DNA from: Octopus sinensis | Lineage: Eukaryota | NCBI RefSeq assembly: GCF_006345805.1 | Contig: NC_043010.1 | Coordinates: 27,900,001-27,964,000, forward strand | Reading direction: 5' to 3' | Length of the DNA stretch: 64,000 nucleotides | Part shown: piece by piece, positions 1 through 12,559 of the stretch | Numbering within the stretch: position 1 is the first letter of the stretch | Layout of the letters: every line of letters begins with the position of its first letter | Notes under the pieces: generated by a model | Seen by the model: only the letters and a program-made list of their open reading frames with translations | Databases searched by the model: none | Told to the model about the DNA's origin: nothing | Translations under genes and position numbers: made by a program

Positions 1-24
1 TGCACCTCATATGTTGTTAACTGC

Positions 25-154
25 CTCTATACATTTCTTTCACTCCTATTGTCTCTATATCCCTCTTTCACTCCTTCTCCATTTGTCTCTATATCTCTCT
101 TCCACTCCCGCACCATTTATCTCTATATCTCTCTTTCACTCCTTCTCCATTTGT
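25..154. repeat. 34-bp pyrimidine-rich minisatellite, about 4 units
   Basis: Units start at 25, 53, 87 and 121; consensus CTCTATATCTCTCTTTCACTCCTTCTCCATTTGT. Confidence 0.85.
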
Positions 155-809
155 CACCATACGGTATGTAAGGCATAACTAGAGAAAAACACCAACCAAC
201 CAACCAACCAAACAACCAGCATCTATAACGACCATTATTACACTGAGATTTATTCTTCCGGTTGTTTAATTTCAAAATGACTCCTATCGTTATGCATACA
301 AACCTGGTACAATTTTAAACTTCTAGAAAACCGTTTCGCAGCTGGGTTTCAGTTATACTCTGAATCACATTAATTATCCTGGGTCGCAAGCCATTTATAG
401 AACGGGCTTCAGGTGAATAAACAGTAGACATTGACATAATAATAAAGTTCGAGTAATTATTCGTTTTATTTTAATTGTTGACTAATTAAAGTAAATTTGT
501 CGATTGACCTCAACGAAAAAGTTTGCAAGGAATTTCTTAATGTGCTTTTATTAATAATATACATTATATAACCTTGTAATTCTAATATAATATCATAAGA
601 GAACTAAATATAGGAAAAGTTTTAAATTTAAAACAAAGAATTGTATCATGATTAATAACGTGTTATTTTTTTTTTGTGGGTGTATATATACATATAATAT
701 ATCCTTCTGGTGACGTCGATGATCGCCTGGGGCTAAATGCATCAGTAACACCCCCACCCACCCCGCCCTGCCCTAGCCACATTCAGATGGCTGATCCCCC
801 TTATGTTTT

Positions 810-841
<32 letters not shown>

Positions 842-872
842 ATAATAGATATAATATATATATATATATATT

Positions 873-1065
873 CTTTTTTTTACTTGTTTCAGTCATTTGA
901 CTGCGGCCATGCTGGAGCAATACCTTTAGTCGAAAGAATTGTCCACAGACTTATTCTTTGTAAGCCTTGCGCTTATCCTCTCGGTCTCTTTTGCCGAACC
1001 GGTTAAGTTTCGGGGGACATTAGCACACCAACATTGGTTGCCAAGCGATAGGGGGGCGGGGGGAA

Positions 1066-1107
<42 letters not shown>
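873..1107 (-). mobile_element. SINE family A, 3' half
   Basis: Reverse complement of tail CAGCATGGCCGCAGTCAAATGACTGAAACAAGTAAAA seen in many copies in the window (e.g. 20700-21100), ending in the internal (AC)n. Confidence 0.85.
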
Positions 1108-1108
<1 letters not shown>

Positions 1109-1111
1109 AAT

Positions 1112-1155
<44 letters not shown>

Positions 1156-1479
1156 ATATATATATTGTGTGTGTGTGTGTGTATATATGTATATATGATA
1201 TATGTATATATATGTGTGTATGCATATGTATGTGTATATTAGTGTGGTATGTATGTGTATGTATGTATAAAATATTATATAATTAGGGCTTAGTAAATAA
1301 ATTACTTTGCCACATACTGAACTTTCTAGAAAAAGCAGCCAAAAAAGTTTTTTTTAGCCTCTTCCACTACTTAGAGATATTTTCTCTCAGACATTGTTTA
1401 CTCAAAAAAAATAATGGTCCTTTTACATACTGAATACTGGGTGAAATTGATTAATAAAACTAATTAACTTAACCCTCAA

Positions 1480-1542
1480 TTGTTGATATATGTATGTGTG
1501 TATATATGTATGTGTATTGTATATGTACATGTATGTATATGT

Positions 1543-1596
<54 letters not shown>

Positions 1597-1614
1597 TGTA
1601 TGGGTGTTGTGTGT

Positions 1615-1654
<40 letters not shown>

Positions 1655-1895
1655 ATGTGTGTGTTATGTGGTATTATGTATATATTATGTGTATATATAT
1701 ATATGTAATATGATATGTATGTGTGGTGTGTATATGTATGTGTGTGGTATATATATGAGGTACGCGAGTATGTCGATGTATATGCAGGTATGTAGAGTTA
1801 TGTGTATGTGCATGTATGTGAGTGTAGATACAAATTGTAGATGTGTATATATATATGTGTGTATATATACATGTATATAGGTATATGTATGTGTG

Positions 1896-1926
<31 letters not shown>

Positions 1927-2155
1927 ATATGTATATGCGTATATGGGTATGTAGAGATATAAGTATGTGAATGTGTATATATATGTGTGTATATATATGT
2001 ATAGGTATGTGTATGTGTATGTATGTATATATATATATGTGTGTGTATGTGGGTATATGTATGTATATATGTATATATGTGTATATGTGTACGTGTGGGT
2101 ATATATGTGTATGTATATGCATATATGTGTGTGTATGTGTATGTGTGTATATGTG

Positions 2156-2188
<33 letters not shown>

Positions 2189-3136
2189 GTGTATATATGT
2201 ATATATGTGTATGTGTGAATATGTGTATGTATGCATATGTGTATGTATGTATGTATGTATATGTGTATGTATACATGTGTGTAAATGTGTGTATTTATGT
2301 ATATGTAAGTGTGTGTGCGTGTATGAGTATGTATGTATGTTTGCACACATGTATATGTGTATGTATGTGTATATATATATATGTATATATATACATATAT
2401 ATATATGTTTATGTATATGTATATGTATGTATGTGTGTGTGTGTATATATGTGTGTATGCGTATGTATGCATGTGTATATATATGTGTGTGTATGTGTAT
2501 GTGTATTTGTACATATACGTGTACGCTCGTGTGTTTATGTATATGTAGGTACGTAGAGTATTCTATGTGTGTATGTATTTGTACATGTGTGTAAGTATGT
2601 ATATATGTATATATATATATGTGTGTATGTGTGTGTGTGTATATATATGTATGTGTGTATGTGTATATATATGTGTATACATGTATATATATATATATTA
2701 TATATGTATATATATATATGTGTGTGTAAGTTTATATGTATGTATCCGTCTATATAATAGGTAACTGCACGTACATATACTTAATATTTATTATTTATTA
2801 TTTATTATTTATTTTTTGAGTATGCATGTATGAATAACTGCGTGTATATATATTTTACTATTTACTTATTTTTTGAGTAAGCATGTAAGTATGAATATAA
2901 GGAGGCGCGTGTGTGTGTGTGTATGTGTAAGCATAGATATATGTATACTTTTACGCATGTCTGTACTTATGTGTATATATGGATGCGCGTGTGTGTGTGT
3001 GTGTATGGGTACGCATGTACATGTGTATATGCGTGTATGTGTATATGAGTTTGTATGTATGTGTGTGCGTATATTTGTATATGTATGTATGTATGTGTAT
3101 GTGTGTGTATGTAATATATGTATGTATATATATATG

Positions 3137-3190
<54 letters not shown>

Positions 3191-3439
3191 GTTATATATA
3201 TATATGTATGTGTGTTGTTGTATGTATGTATATGTATATGCGTATGTGTATGTATTTGTATGTGTATGCAGGCGCGTATATATATATGTATGTATATGTA
3301 ATACGTGGGGGTTGTGTGGTGTATGTGTATAAATGTATGGATGTATGGATGTATGTATGTATGTATACGTATGTATGTGTATGTGTGTATATGTATGTAT
3401 GTGTATGTGTGTATATATATGTATGTATGTGTATATGTT

Positions 3440-3472
<33 letters not shown>

Positions 3473-3934
3473 GTATATGTATATATATGTGAATATATGT
3501 GTGTGTATATATATATACATGTATGTATTTGTATGTAGGTGTTTGTGTATGTGTGTGTATTTATATTTATTGTTGCATATATATAGACTAGCCTTCTAAG
3601 AGTGTAGACATGAATCTGTAGGTACGCGTACGTATGTGTATATACGTGAATGTATGTAGATGTATGTATGTATGAATATAACGCGTGCGTGCGTGTATGT
3701 GTATGAGTGTACGAATGAGTGAGTGTACGTGCTAAAGAGTGTACGTGAGTGAATGAGTGCTTGTTTTCAAGTAGACAGACAAATGGAGTGGCTGTCATAG
3801 CCAAGATGTTTGTGACCAGTCGTCAAAGATAACAAAAGTAATAAATGAAGATAATAAAATTAAAATTAGGGAATGGGTCTCTATTTGTATGTGTATATAT
3901 ATATGTGTGTATGTGTAGGTATGCATAGGTACAC

Positions 3935-3980
<46 letters not shown>

Positions 3981-4250
3981 ATGTATGTGTGTGTATATAT
4001 GTGTGTTTGTGTATACATGTGTATATAGGGACTAGTGTGCTGTATGTGTGGTCGTGTGTGTATATATACATGCGTGTATACGTGTATGCATGTGAGTGTG
4101 TGTATGTATACATATATATGTGAATGTGTAGATATGTATATGTATGTGTAAGTGTATATATATGTATATATATGTGTGTGTGTGTATGTGTGTATGTATA
4201 TGTATATATGTTTGTATGTGTGTGTATATATGTATACATATGTGCATAGG
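1480..4250. repeat. Very long compound TA/TG/TATG microsatellite
   Basis: About 2.8 kb of alternating purine-pyrimidine sequence; source of the YI/VC/HT ORFs. Confidence 0.95.
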
Positions 4251-4560
4251 TATAAGTGAGAATCTCCTTATTTACCTAAAACCCTATTCCCTTTTTTTAT
4301 ATATATTTTTTATCTTTTTATTTATTCTTCTATCTAATTTAATCTAATTTAACACTGATTCCTTGACCACTCCCCCAAGTATGATATTTTGCGCTATGCC
4401 TACCCCCAAAAAGTCCCCCACCAACACCCCTTTAAACCTGCCTAAATGTATAAATGCCAATACAATTCTTGTTAACTAGCTTCCTGAAGATTTCTCTTGA
4501 ATGAAACAGTTCTAGTCCTGTAGAAGCTCCTTCTATATAATAAATTATTTTTACTCTGCT
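4250..4560 (+). mobile_element. Penelope-like element 3'/pLTR remnant
   Basis: T/C-rich tract leading into a hammerhead motif, then AATAAA; this layout is typical of PLE ends. Confidence 0.5.
4478..4528 (+). ncRNA. Type I hammerhead ribozyme, intact catalytic core
   Basis: Stem I AGCTTC/GAAGCT; core CTGAAGA; stem II T-TTC(TCTT)GAA-T; GAAA; stem III ACAG/CTGT; GTA cleavage triplet. Confidence 0.75.
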
Positions 4561-4611
4561 ATGTATTGAGTACCTTATTTACTGTGGTTAACCCCGAATC
4601 AATCCGGGACC

Positions 4612-4669
<58 letters not shown>

Positions 4670-4685
4670 AATATATATATATATA

Positions 4686-4726
<41 letters not shown>

Positions 4727-4751
4727 ATATATATATATATATATATATCGC

Positions 4752-4973
4752 GAAGACGCGTGGCTTAGTGGTTAAGGTATTCGGTTCGCGGTCGTGAGTT
4801 CGATGTTGTTTCCTTGAGCAAGACACTTTATTTCTCGTTGCTCCAGTCCACTCAGCAGCTGGCAAAAATTCAAAGGGTCAGCCACACTGAATCAACCTAA
4901 GAATCACGTCAAGGGTACGCGTGTTTGTGGAGTACTTAGTCAACAGCATGTTAATTTCATTACCAACGGAATG
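4752..4973 (+). mobile_element. SINE family D (tRNA-like head, CTTGAGCAAGACACTT core), internally deleted
   Basis: A-box-like TGGCTTAGTGG and B-box-like GTTCGA; body shared with 16269, 38085 and 48630. Confidence 0.8.
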
Positions 4974-5255
4974 CTATTTTTTTTGTCGGGGTAGGGGGTC
5001 AGTTTTCGTCAGTAGAAATATGTAAAAAAAAAATCTGTGGGGCAAAGGATCTGATCAATATTCTTGACAAAACACTATTGTCCTTAAAACGTGGCTAGGT
5101 AGATTGTTTTTAAATAACAAATAATGACTATTTAGAGAAGGGAGAAGAAACCAACTCAACTGATCGATCATAAAGAGGATAAAAGACGAACACGACCTTG
5201 GTTTGAATTTAAACTAAGAACCTAAAAACACGTAAATAAACATTGCGACGCTTTT

Positions 5256-5632
5256 ATCCATGCATTACTATGCGCGGAGCATGGTTGAGAAAGGCACAAC
5301 CGTTCTGCCTGCAACACCAAGGCCAAGCTGGTAGCCAAGATTGGAGAGGTGTTCGAAGACCTTCCCAGAAACACAGTGAAGACCGCATGCGCCAGGTTCC
5401 GGAGCCGTCTTGAGGCCGTGGTAGAAGCTAAGCGTGGCTACTATAAGTAAACTGTAATTTCCCACCCACAGTCTAGTTGGTATTATCTAATTTTTGACAA
5501 TCCTTCGGTTTGACTCGACAAAACGGTAACAAAACCTCGCTTGTTTCCGTGACAACTCGACAATTCACTTCGGATATCTTCGTGACCTCCGTGACAGCTG
5601 CTTTGATAGCTACTAAAATGGGAGAAGAAAGC
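5256..5632 (+). pseudogene. Tc1/mariner (maT-like) transposase C-terminus and 3' flank
   Basis: Translates to MHYY...SACNTKAKLVAKIGEVFEDLPRNTVKTACARFRSRLEAVVEAKRGYYK*; same family as 6795-7533. Confidence 0.8.
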
Positions 5633-5707
5633 TAATGCGTTGTGTGTGCGTGCTTGTTTTTGTCTGTGCGTGTGTGTGTGTGTGTGTGTCTGTCTGTGTT
5701 TATATGT

Positions 5708-5833
5708 GCTTTCCTCCTCCCATTTTAGTAGGTGTCACGGAGGTCACGAAGATATCCGAAGTGAATTGTCGAGTTGTCATGGAAACAAGTGAGGTCTTGT
5801 TATTGTTTTGTCGAGTCAAACCGAAGAATTGCC
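5708..5833 (-). mobile_element. Inverted copy of the maT-like 3' flank
   Basis: Reverse complement of 5496-5632 apart from a 12-bp indel and a few substitutions. Confidence 0.85.
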
Positions 5834-5905
5834 TAATTTTTTTGTCTCACTCTTTCTTGTTACTGGTTCCCTCCCCCAAAATTTGGAGCTTCGTGCCAAG
5901 TGTAG

Positions 5906-6125
5906 TAAAGAATTAGCAGAAACGTACGTACGCCGAGCAAAATGCATAGCGGGATTTCGTCCGTTTTTACGTCTTGAGTTCATATTCCGTCGAGGTTAAC
6001 TTTGCCTTTCATCCTTTCGGGAGATTAAATAAAATAAGTACCAGTTGAACCTCCGTGGTTGATGTAATCGACTTACTCCACCCCTATAACTGCTGGCATT
6101 GTGCCAACATTTGAAACCATTATTA
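5906..6125 (+). mobile_element. SINE family B
   Basis: Head GCAGAAACG..., body ACTTTGCCTTTCATCCTTTCGGG...AAGTACCAG. Confidence 0.8.
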
Positions 6126-6794
6126 TGGGAGAAGTCTGGCGCTGAGTTGACAGAATCGTTAGCACGCTGGGTAAAATGTGGTGCATTTTTCTTTTTAAAT
6201 TTACACACATACACACACATGTATCATACGTGACGTATATACTCCGTAGATAGGTATGATGCTGTGTTTTTTTTTTGGCTGGAAAAAATTCTTCATAAGC
6301 ATTCTTTGTTAAAAAGACAATATATATCAGAACGAGACGAATAACGTGGCGGCGGTGATCCATAAGGACACCAGGCGTGTCTCGGCTTCCTCGAACCTTG
6401 TCAATAACGTTACTCGCCAGTCACATATCTTGACGAAATCTATCCCCGCACTTATATAGAAAACAGGGAATAACTCATTGTCTGATGTTACAGAGAACCT
6501 TCTTGGCTGAAGAGAAACTGCATGCAATTAAAACAGCATTAGATTAAAATAGACATCTATATATCTTGCTTAACGCACGATACATAGCTGGTTATTGATC
6601 CCGAAAGGATGAAAAGCAAAGTTGACATCGGCGGGATCAGCAAATAGTGCAGGGTGTTTTGCTCGACACTTTGGTAATTTCACCAATCTACGGGTTTTAA
6701 TTATCAACGTAATTGTAGTGGTAAGACATACTCAAGAGAGATGAACAGCAGAAGGTTTTCAGAGAAGAAGCCTATCTCAGGCAAGTCTTGTGGA

Positions 6795-7533
6795 AAGGAG
6801 ACTACAGTACTTACTTATAGAAGCTACGCTCAGCTTCTTCCACGGCCTCAAGACGGCTCCGGAACCTGGCGCATGCGATCTTCACTGTGTTTTTTGGAAG
6901 ATCTTCGAACACGTCCCTGATCTTGGCTACCAGCTTGGCCTTGGTGTTGCAGGCAGAACGGTATGTTTTTTCATCAACTCGATGCATATTAATGCATGGA
7001 ATTACAATCGGAGGAATTAGGAGGCTAGAAATTGGGGCTGGTGAGGTTGTAGAAATTCTCCGACACCCACTTCCTGACTCTTTCCGGGGGTATAGCAATC
7101 AGCTGAATCCTGCCTCTACACATATGACCTTCCAGCACCAACCCTCTCCGGTTAGAATTTGACCACGCTGTCCGGCAGTTTCACATAACCGCCTGAATTG
7201 AATCTATGGCCATATTCAAAGATATGGGGCTGCACGATGCCACCCTCATTGGAGACACAATCAAAGACCAACAATTTTATGGAACTTGGTTGCCATGATG
7301 TCCATGTCACGTCTTCCAGCCTTTACGGCGTTCAAGAGCATTGAACAGCAGTCATGATTCCAATATTTGGATGCCCGGAGCGAATCATCATGAACCAGGT
7401 AACTCTTTACCTACATTCAAATGGCTTCCAGTCCTCCGCCTCAGCGAACTTTTTCTCAACTACAACTTTAATCTTTATGCTCTCCAACGCCGTTGACTTT
7501 CCAACAAAACATCAAGCTGCCCCGAACACCCCG
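6795..7533 (-). pseudogene. DD37D (maT-type) transposase remnant with internal deletion
   Basis: Minus strand reads CVSNEGG..PHIFE, QDSA and PPNSSDCNSMH; 37 residues between QD and the third catalytic position after one frameshift; N-terminal MMIRSGHPNIGIMTAVQCS; TIR-like CGGGGTGTTCGGGG at 7533. Confidence 0.8.
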
Positions 7534-7758
7534 AGTCTCATGTCCCGAAATAGAAAATCAAAGTTAAGCAAAGAAAAAGAAAATAAAAACAAGGAATTCC
7601 TGCGTGATTCTTGGAACGGATTAGCATTAGCTTAATCTTATCCATTCTCTGTAAGTAGAAACAACAAATCTCATTGGTTATCGAATGAAATACCTAATAT
7701 GGTAATTTCGTCCGTCAGAATCAATTTCATTCGAGTTTTAATTCTTCACACTGTTCGA

Positions 7759-7776
7759 ACAACAACAACAACAACA

Positions 7777-7809
<33 letters not shown>

Positions 7810-7997
7810 GCTGCTACTACTACTACTACTGCTACTACTACTACTACTACTACTACTACACTACTACTACAGCTTCTGCTGCCACTGCTGTTGCTTCTGT
7901 CATTGGTACAAGGACAACGAATGAGGGACATAACAAGGAGATTACAAAACAGTAATGGAGTATGGAAGCTTGATTGCATCGAATACAATAATAATAA

Positions 7998-8060
<63 letters not shown>

Positions 8061-8100
8061 TAGTAGTAGTAGTAGTAGCAGCAACAGCAGCAGTAGCTAC
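7759..8100. repeat. (CAA)n/(CTA)n and (TAA)n/(TAG)n microsatellites
   Basis: Direct reading. Confidence 0.95.
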
Positions 8101-8871
8101 TGCTTGCTGTAACAGATGTGCTTAAATAAAACATACGCTTATAACTTTAAAGGAAAAGGGAGAAAAAAAGGCGAGATCAAAGATAGTAGGTACAACAACA
8201 ACAACAACAAGAACAACAACAACAACAACAACAATTTGTTCAAAAAATTTTCCTTTTAGGGATGTTTTGAAAAGCAGCTTTTCTTGGATGTATTTTTCGG
8301 GTATGTCAACAAGTGGGATGTCTTAAAATAGACAAAATAAATGGAGGAAGAGGGTGTCTGTACATATGTATGTGTGTGTGTACACATACATACAAACACA
8401 TGTATGTATATAAATATATATATATGCATGAATGTGCGTAAGTATATACCTACACACATATATATATATATATCATATACACACATGTATACATAAAGAT
8501 ATATATACATGTAAACATATTCACATATATATATATGTGTGTGTGTGTGTGTAAACACACAGAAAGCTAGTGTATGTATGTAGTGGAGAATTACAGGGTA
8601 ATTACTATGTTTAACATGTCCGGTCATTTTGCAAGAATTAGCTGGCAGAGTGGATTGTTTAATGTGTGGGAGTGGGGGTGGGGGTTACGACTGAATATTT
8701 AGTACATATGTTTGAGTATATGTATGTGTAAACGTACTAGCAGACACAAATATACACACTTAATGTAAAGTTCAAAGCAGTAAAAATAAATCTATCACAG
8801 AAAGGACAAAGTAAGACGAATACAAATTTAGTTCAATGCTTGAAATAAGAATTAAGGATGGGCGTGGAATG

Positions 8872-8907
8872 TAGTGACGTTTCGGATTTTAGTCATTCAT
8901 CGGAATG
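8872..8907 (-). ncRNA. Degenerate minimal hammerhead relic (Penelope-type)
   Basis: Minus strand CCGATGA-A-TGAC(TAAA)ATCC-GAAAC-GTC downstream of a pyrimidine-rich tract; stems I and II are damaged. Confidence 0.45.
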
Positions 8908-9405
8908 AAAAAAGAGAAAAGAAAATTCATAGTGAGAGAAAGAAAGACAGACGACCAATGAACGTGAGAAAATATAATTGAGGGGAATTGGAGGGATAAA
9001 ACCAGGTAAAATGCCATGAAAGGAGTCAAGAAGGAAGGTGGGTATGGAGGTGCATTTGCGTGTTTTGACGCTTGGTGGCTAGAATAAGGTGGGGGAGTGT
9101 TTGGCGTGGTGTACACGTGTATAGAAGCGTGATATGTATTTTTGTGTGGTGGGTGGTGTGACAGAGTTTACGTCTAAATGTATCATGAATGTGGTATAAG
9201 ATGATTTGGAGAGGTTGAAAGCGCGTGTGCAAAGTGAACGGATGTATGTGTGAAAATGAACCCAGAATTCAATTGTTCAAGACCTCATGTAGTATGGAAA
9301 TGCATGACGCTGTGCAAATTACAGAAGCCATTGTCCTACTGAGCTTCGTCTTCTAAAATAATAATAATGATGATGATGATGACGATGACGATGATGATGA
9401 TGATG

Positions 9406-9462
<57 letters not shown>

Positions 9463-9463
<1 letters not shown>

Positions 9464-9958
9464 TCGTTTGTTTATTGGCCACAAGGGCTAACAAAAATCA
9501 ATTAAAACATAAAGGGACAAAACATAGGACGAAAGTTACAAAAGGTTTTGTCCATTTGAAAAAGTCTGTGTACAAAAGCAGGATAACAACGAAATGTAAG
9601 TAACAATTAAAACTCCCAATAGGAGGAGGCGCTTCGAAAGGTTACTCGTGGAAAAACCTATAAAAGCCACGGGAGCCTGGTCAAAAGGGGTGTAGTGAGC
9701 CCCTTTCTCCTTTTATATTTCCTTTTAATTTTCACAGGTGTATCCTCAGAATTGGTCCGTTCATACTGGCCATTCTTGCAACATTCACCCACCTTTCATT
9801 AAACTTGCTACCAGACATCACTTCCCTCTCTACTCTCATCTTCCTTTTCAAGTGAAACTTGTAAAAGTTGATGAGGCCTTGGCCAAAGAAGAAAGTGTCT
9901 GACCTTAGCCCTTTCAAACGGGCCCACTATACCACCTCTTTCGCTACAGCCACTAGGC
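9463..9958 (-). mobile_element. Tx1/L1-clade LINE 3' end with (TTA)n tail
   Basis: Minus strand LVAVAKEVV*WARLKGL...FYKFHLKRKMRVEREVMS...RWVNVARM resembles a Tx1-type ORF2 C-terminus; followed by 3' UTR and a microsatellite at 9408-9462. Confidence 0.7.
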
Positions 9959-10420
9959 AAAGGAAAATAATAAAGTACATCGTTTATATATATATATATA
10001 TATATATCGCTTATTTTCTAGTCAATTATGTTACAAATAACATAAATAATAGATTATATCTCCGATTTCGTTCCATATATTATCAGCTTTTATTTTTCCT
10101 TTTCCTTATAAAACTATAAATGTTTTTTTGTTATAATAGATTGTGACTTCGATTTTGTTCCATAGGTGAGCGTTACGTATGTAAACCAAAGTAAAATGAT
10201 ATCATAGGTTATTCGTTGTTCATTTTCTGTGATTTATGCTTCATTTAGACGCGATGAACAGAGCACGTTCCGGCGGCCTTCTGAGTCATATTGTCACAAC
10301 ACAAACACATAACTATACACGCATGCAAACACACTCACGCTCACCTACACAACCACGCATGGACACACACACACATTACTCATATGTATATATATATATG
10401 TGTGTGTGTATGTGTATATG

Positions 10421-11021
<601 letters not shown>

Positions 11022-11040
11022 AAAAATCTTTTAAATTAAA

Positions 11041-11242
11041 AAAAAAATCTTTTAAATTAAAAAAAAACTTATATAGTTATTTATTTCTATTTATTTATTT
11101 ATCTGTGTATTTTATTTATGTTTTCGGTTTTGTTTATATATAAACAAAACCGAAAACATAATAAATAAAATACACAGATAAATAAACAAATAGAAATAAA
11201 TAACTATATAAGTTGTTTTTTTTCAATTTAAAAGATTTTTTT
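11041..11242. repeat. About 200-bp spacerless AT-rich palindrome
   Basis: Centre between 11138 and 11139; arms complementary except for small indels and a few mismatches. Confidence 0.9.
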
Positions 11243-11244
11243 TG

Positions 11245-11384
11245 GAAAACACTGGTGGCGTGGAGAGGGGAGGCCGATATGCATGGCGACTGCCGGCCTT
11301 CCATAAGCAACCTTGTCCGGACTTGTAACTGGAAGGGTAACTTTCTAGGTGCAATCCCATGGGCTGTGTTGTGACCGAAGGACG

Positions 11385-11388
<4 letters not shown>
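11245..11388 (+). mobile_element. SINE family E tail fragment
   Basis: Matches the 3' part of 42455-42790 (GGTAACTTTCTAGGTGCAATCC...GACCGAAGG). Confidence 0.8.
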
Positions 11389-11471
<83 letters not shown>

Positions 11472-11588
11472 ATATGCACACACACACACACTTATAATAC
11501 TATATGTGAGCGTATGTGTACAAGTGTGCGTTTGGGTGTATAACATATATTTATATGTAGTATTATAGATGCATTTCAGCTTATCTTA

Positions 11589-12153
11589 CGAGGGTGAGTC
11601 AATAAGTAATGCCATTTTGTTTAGGACAGGCTTAATTACCAACACAGGAACATGTATCATACATCAAAATGAAGCTGGTCCTCTGTGGATCACATCCCTA
11701 CTTCTCAACATAGTCACCGTTTCTCTCAATAGTAATGTTCCACCTTTGAATGAGAGCATGTATCCTTGACCCGTAAAATTCTGTTGACTGGGTTTTTTGG
11801 GGTTTTTTTGCGCCACTTCTTCACTACAGTTTTCACTTCCTCGTCCCTAGAATAATGTTTGCCTCTCAAACCTTCTTTCGTGGCGCCAAAGAGATGGTAG
11901 TCTGAAGGCTGTCTGGTGAGTGTGGAGGTGGTGAAGAACTGGCTCAAAGAACAGTCAACAGAATTTTACGGGGCAGGGATACATGCTCTCATTTAAAGGT
12001 GGACCATTGCTACTGAGAGAAACCGTGACTATGTTGAGGAGTAGGGATGTGATCCACAGAGGACCAGCTTCATTTTCATGTATGATACATGTTCCTGTGT
12101 TGGTAATTATACCTGTCCTAAACAAAATGGCATTACTTTTTGACTCACCCTGG
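11589..12153. mobile_element. Foldback mariner derivative built from two transposase 3' ends
   Basis: TA at both ends; TIR C(G/C)AGGGTGAGTCAA; 202-bp arms at 11589-11790 and 11952-12153; minus strand reads PSDYHLFG. Confidence 0.9.
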
Positions 12154-12559
12154 TACTCTCTCCCTGAAGAGCACGTACTGTTAATGGTGCTGTCATTTAA
12201 TATCCAGTTATCTTATACCCAGTGCAAAACTGATTTGTAAGCTTATCTTAAATTGACGTATAATATGCTTGGATTAATATTCGCAATCTGTTTACAAATA
12301 TACGAGTGTATTTTTTCTGACTTATATATGTATGTATGCATGCATGCATGCATGTATATATATATATGTGTACATATGTAAATATAGTACATACATACAT
12401 ACATACATACATAATACATACATACATACATACATACATAGTGGCTGCTTTTTCGTACACGAGTAAAGCTATTGCTAGAAAGAACCATTGAAATAAGTCA
12501 TTGATAATGCAATGCGAGGTCCTTATATAACTCTTGAACCCACTAAAGATTTGCATATT

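Noticed and set aside
676-4347. Many 60-240 aa ORFs rich in Y/I/V/C/M/H/T (also 22269-22785, 39422-41629, 52309-53255)
   Set aside because: They are translations of dinucleotide microsatellites, which lack stop codons
7699-8134. Poly-T/S/L/V ORFs with an apparent signal peptide
   Set aside because: Produced by CTA/TAG microsatellites; no splice or composition support
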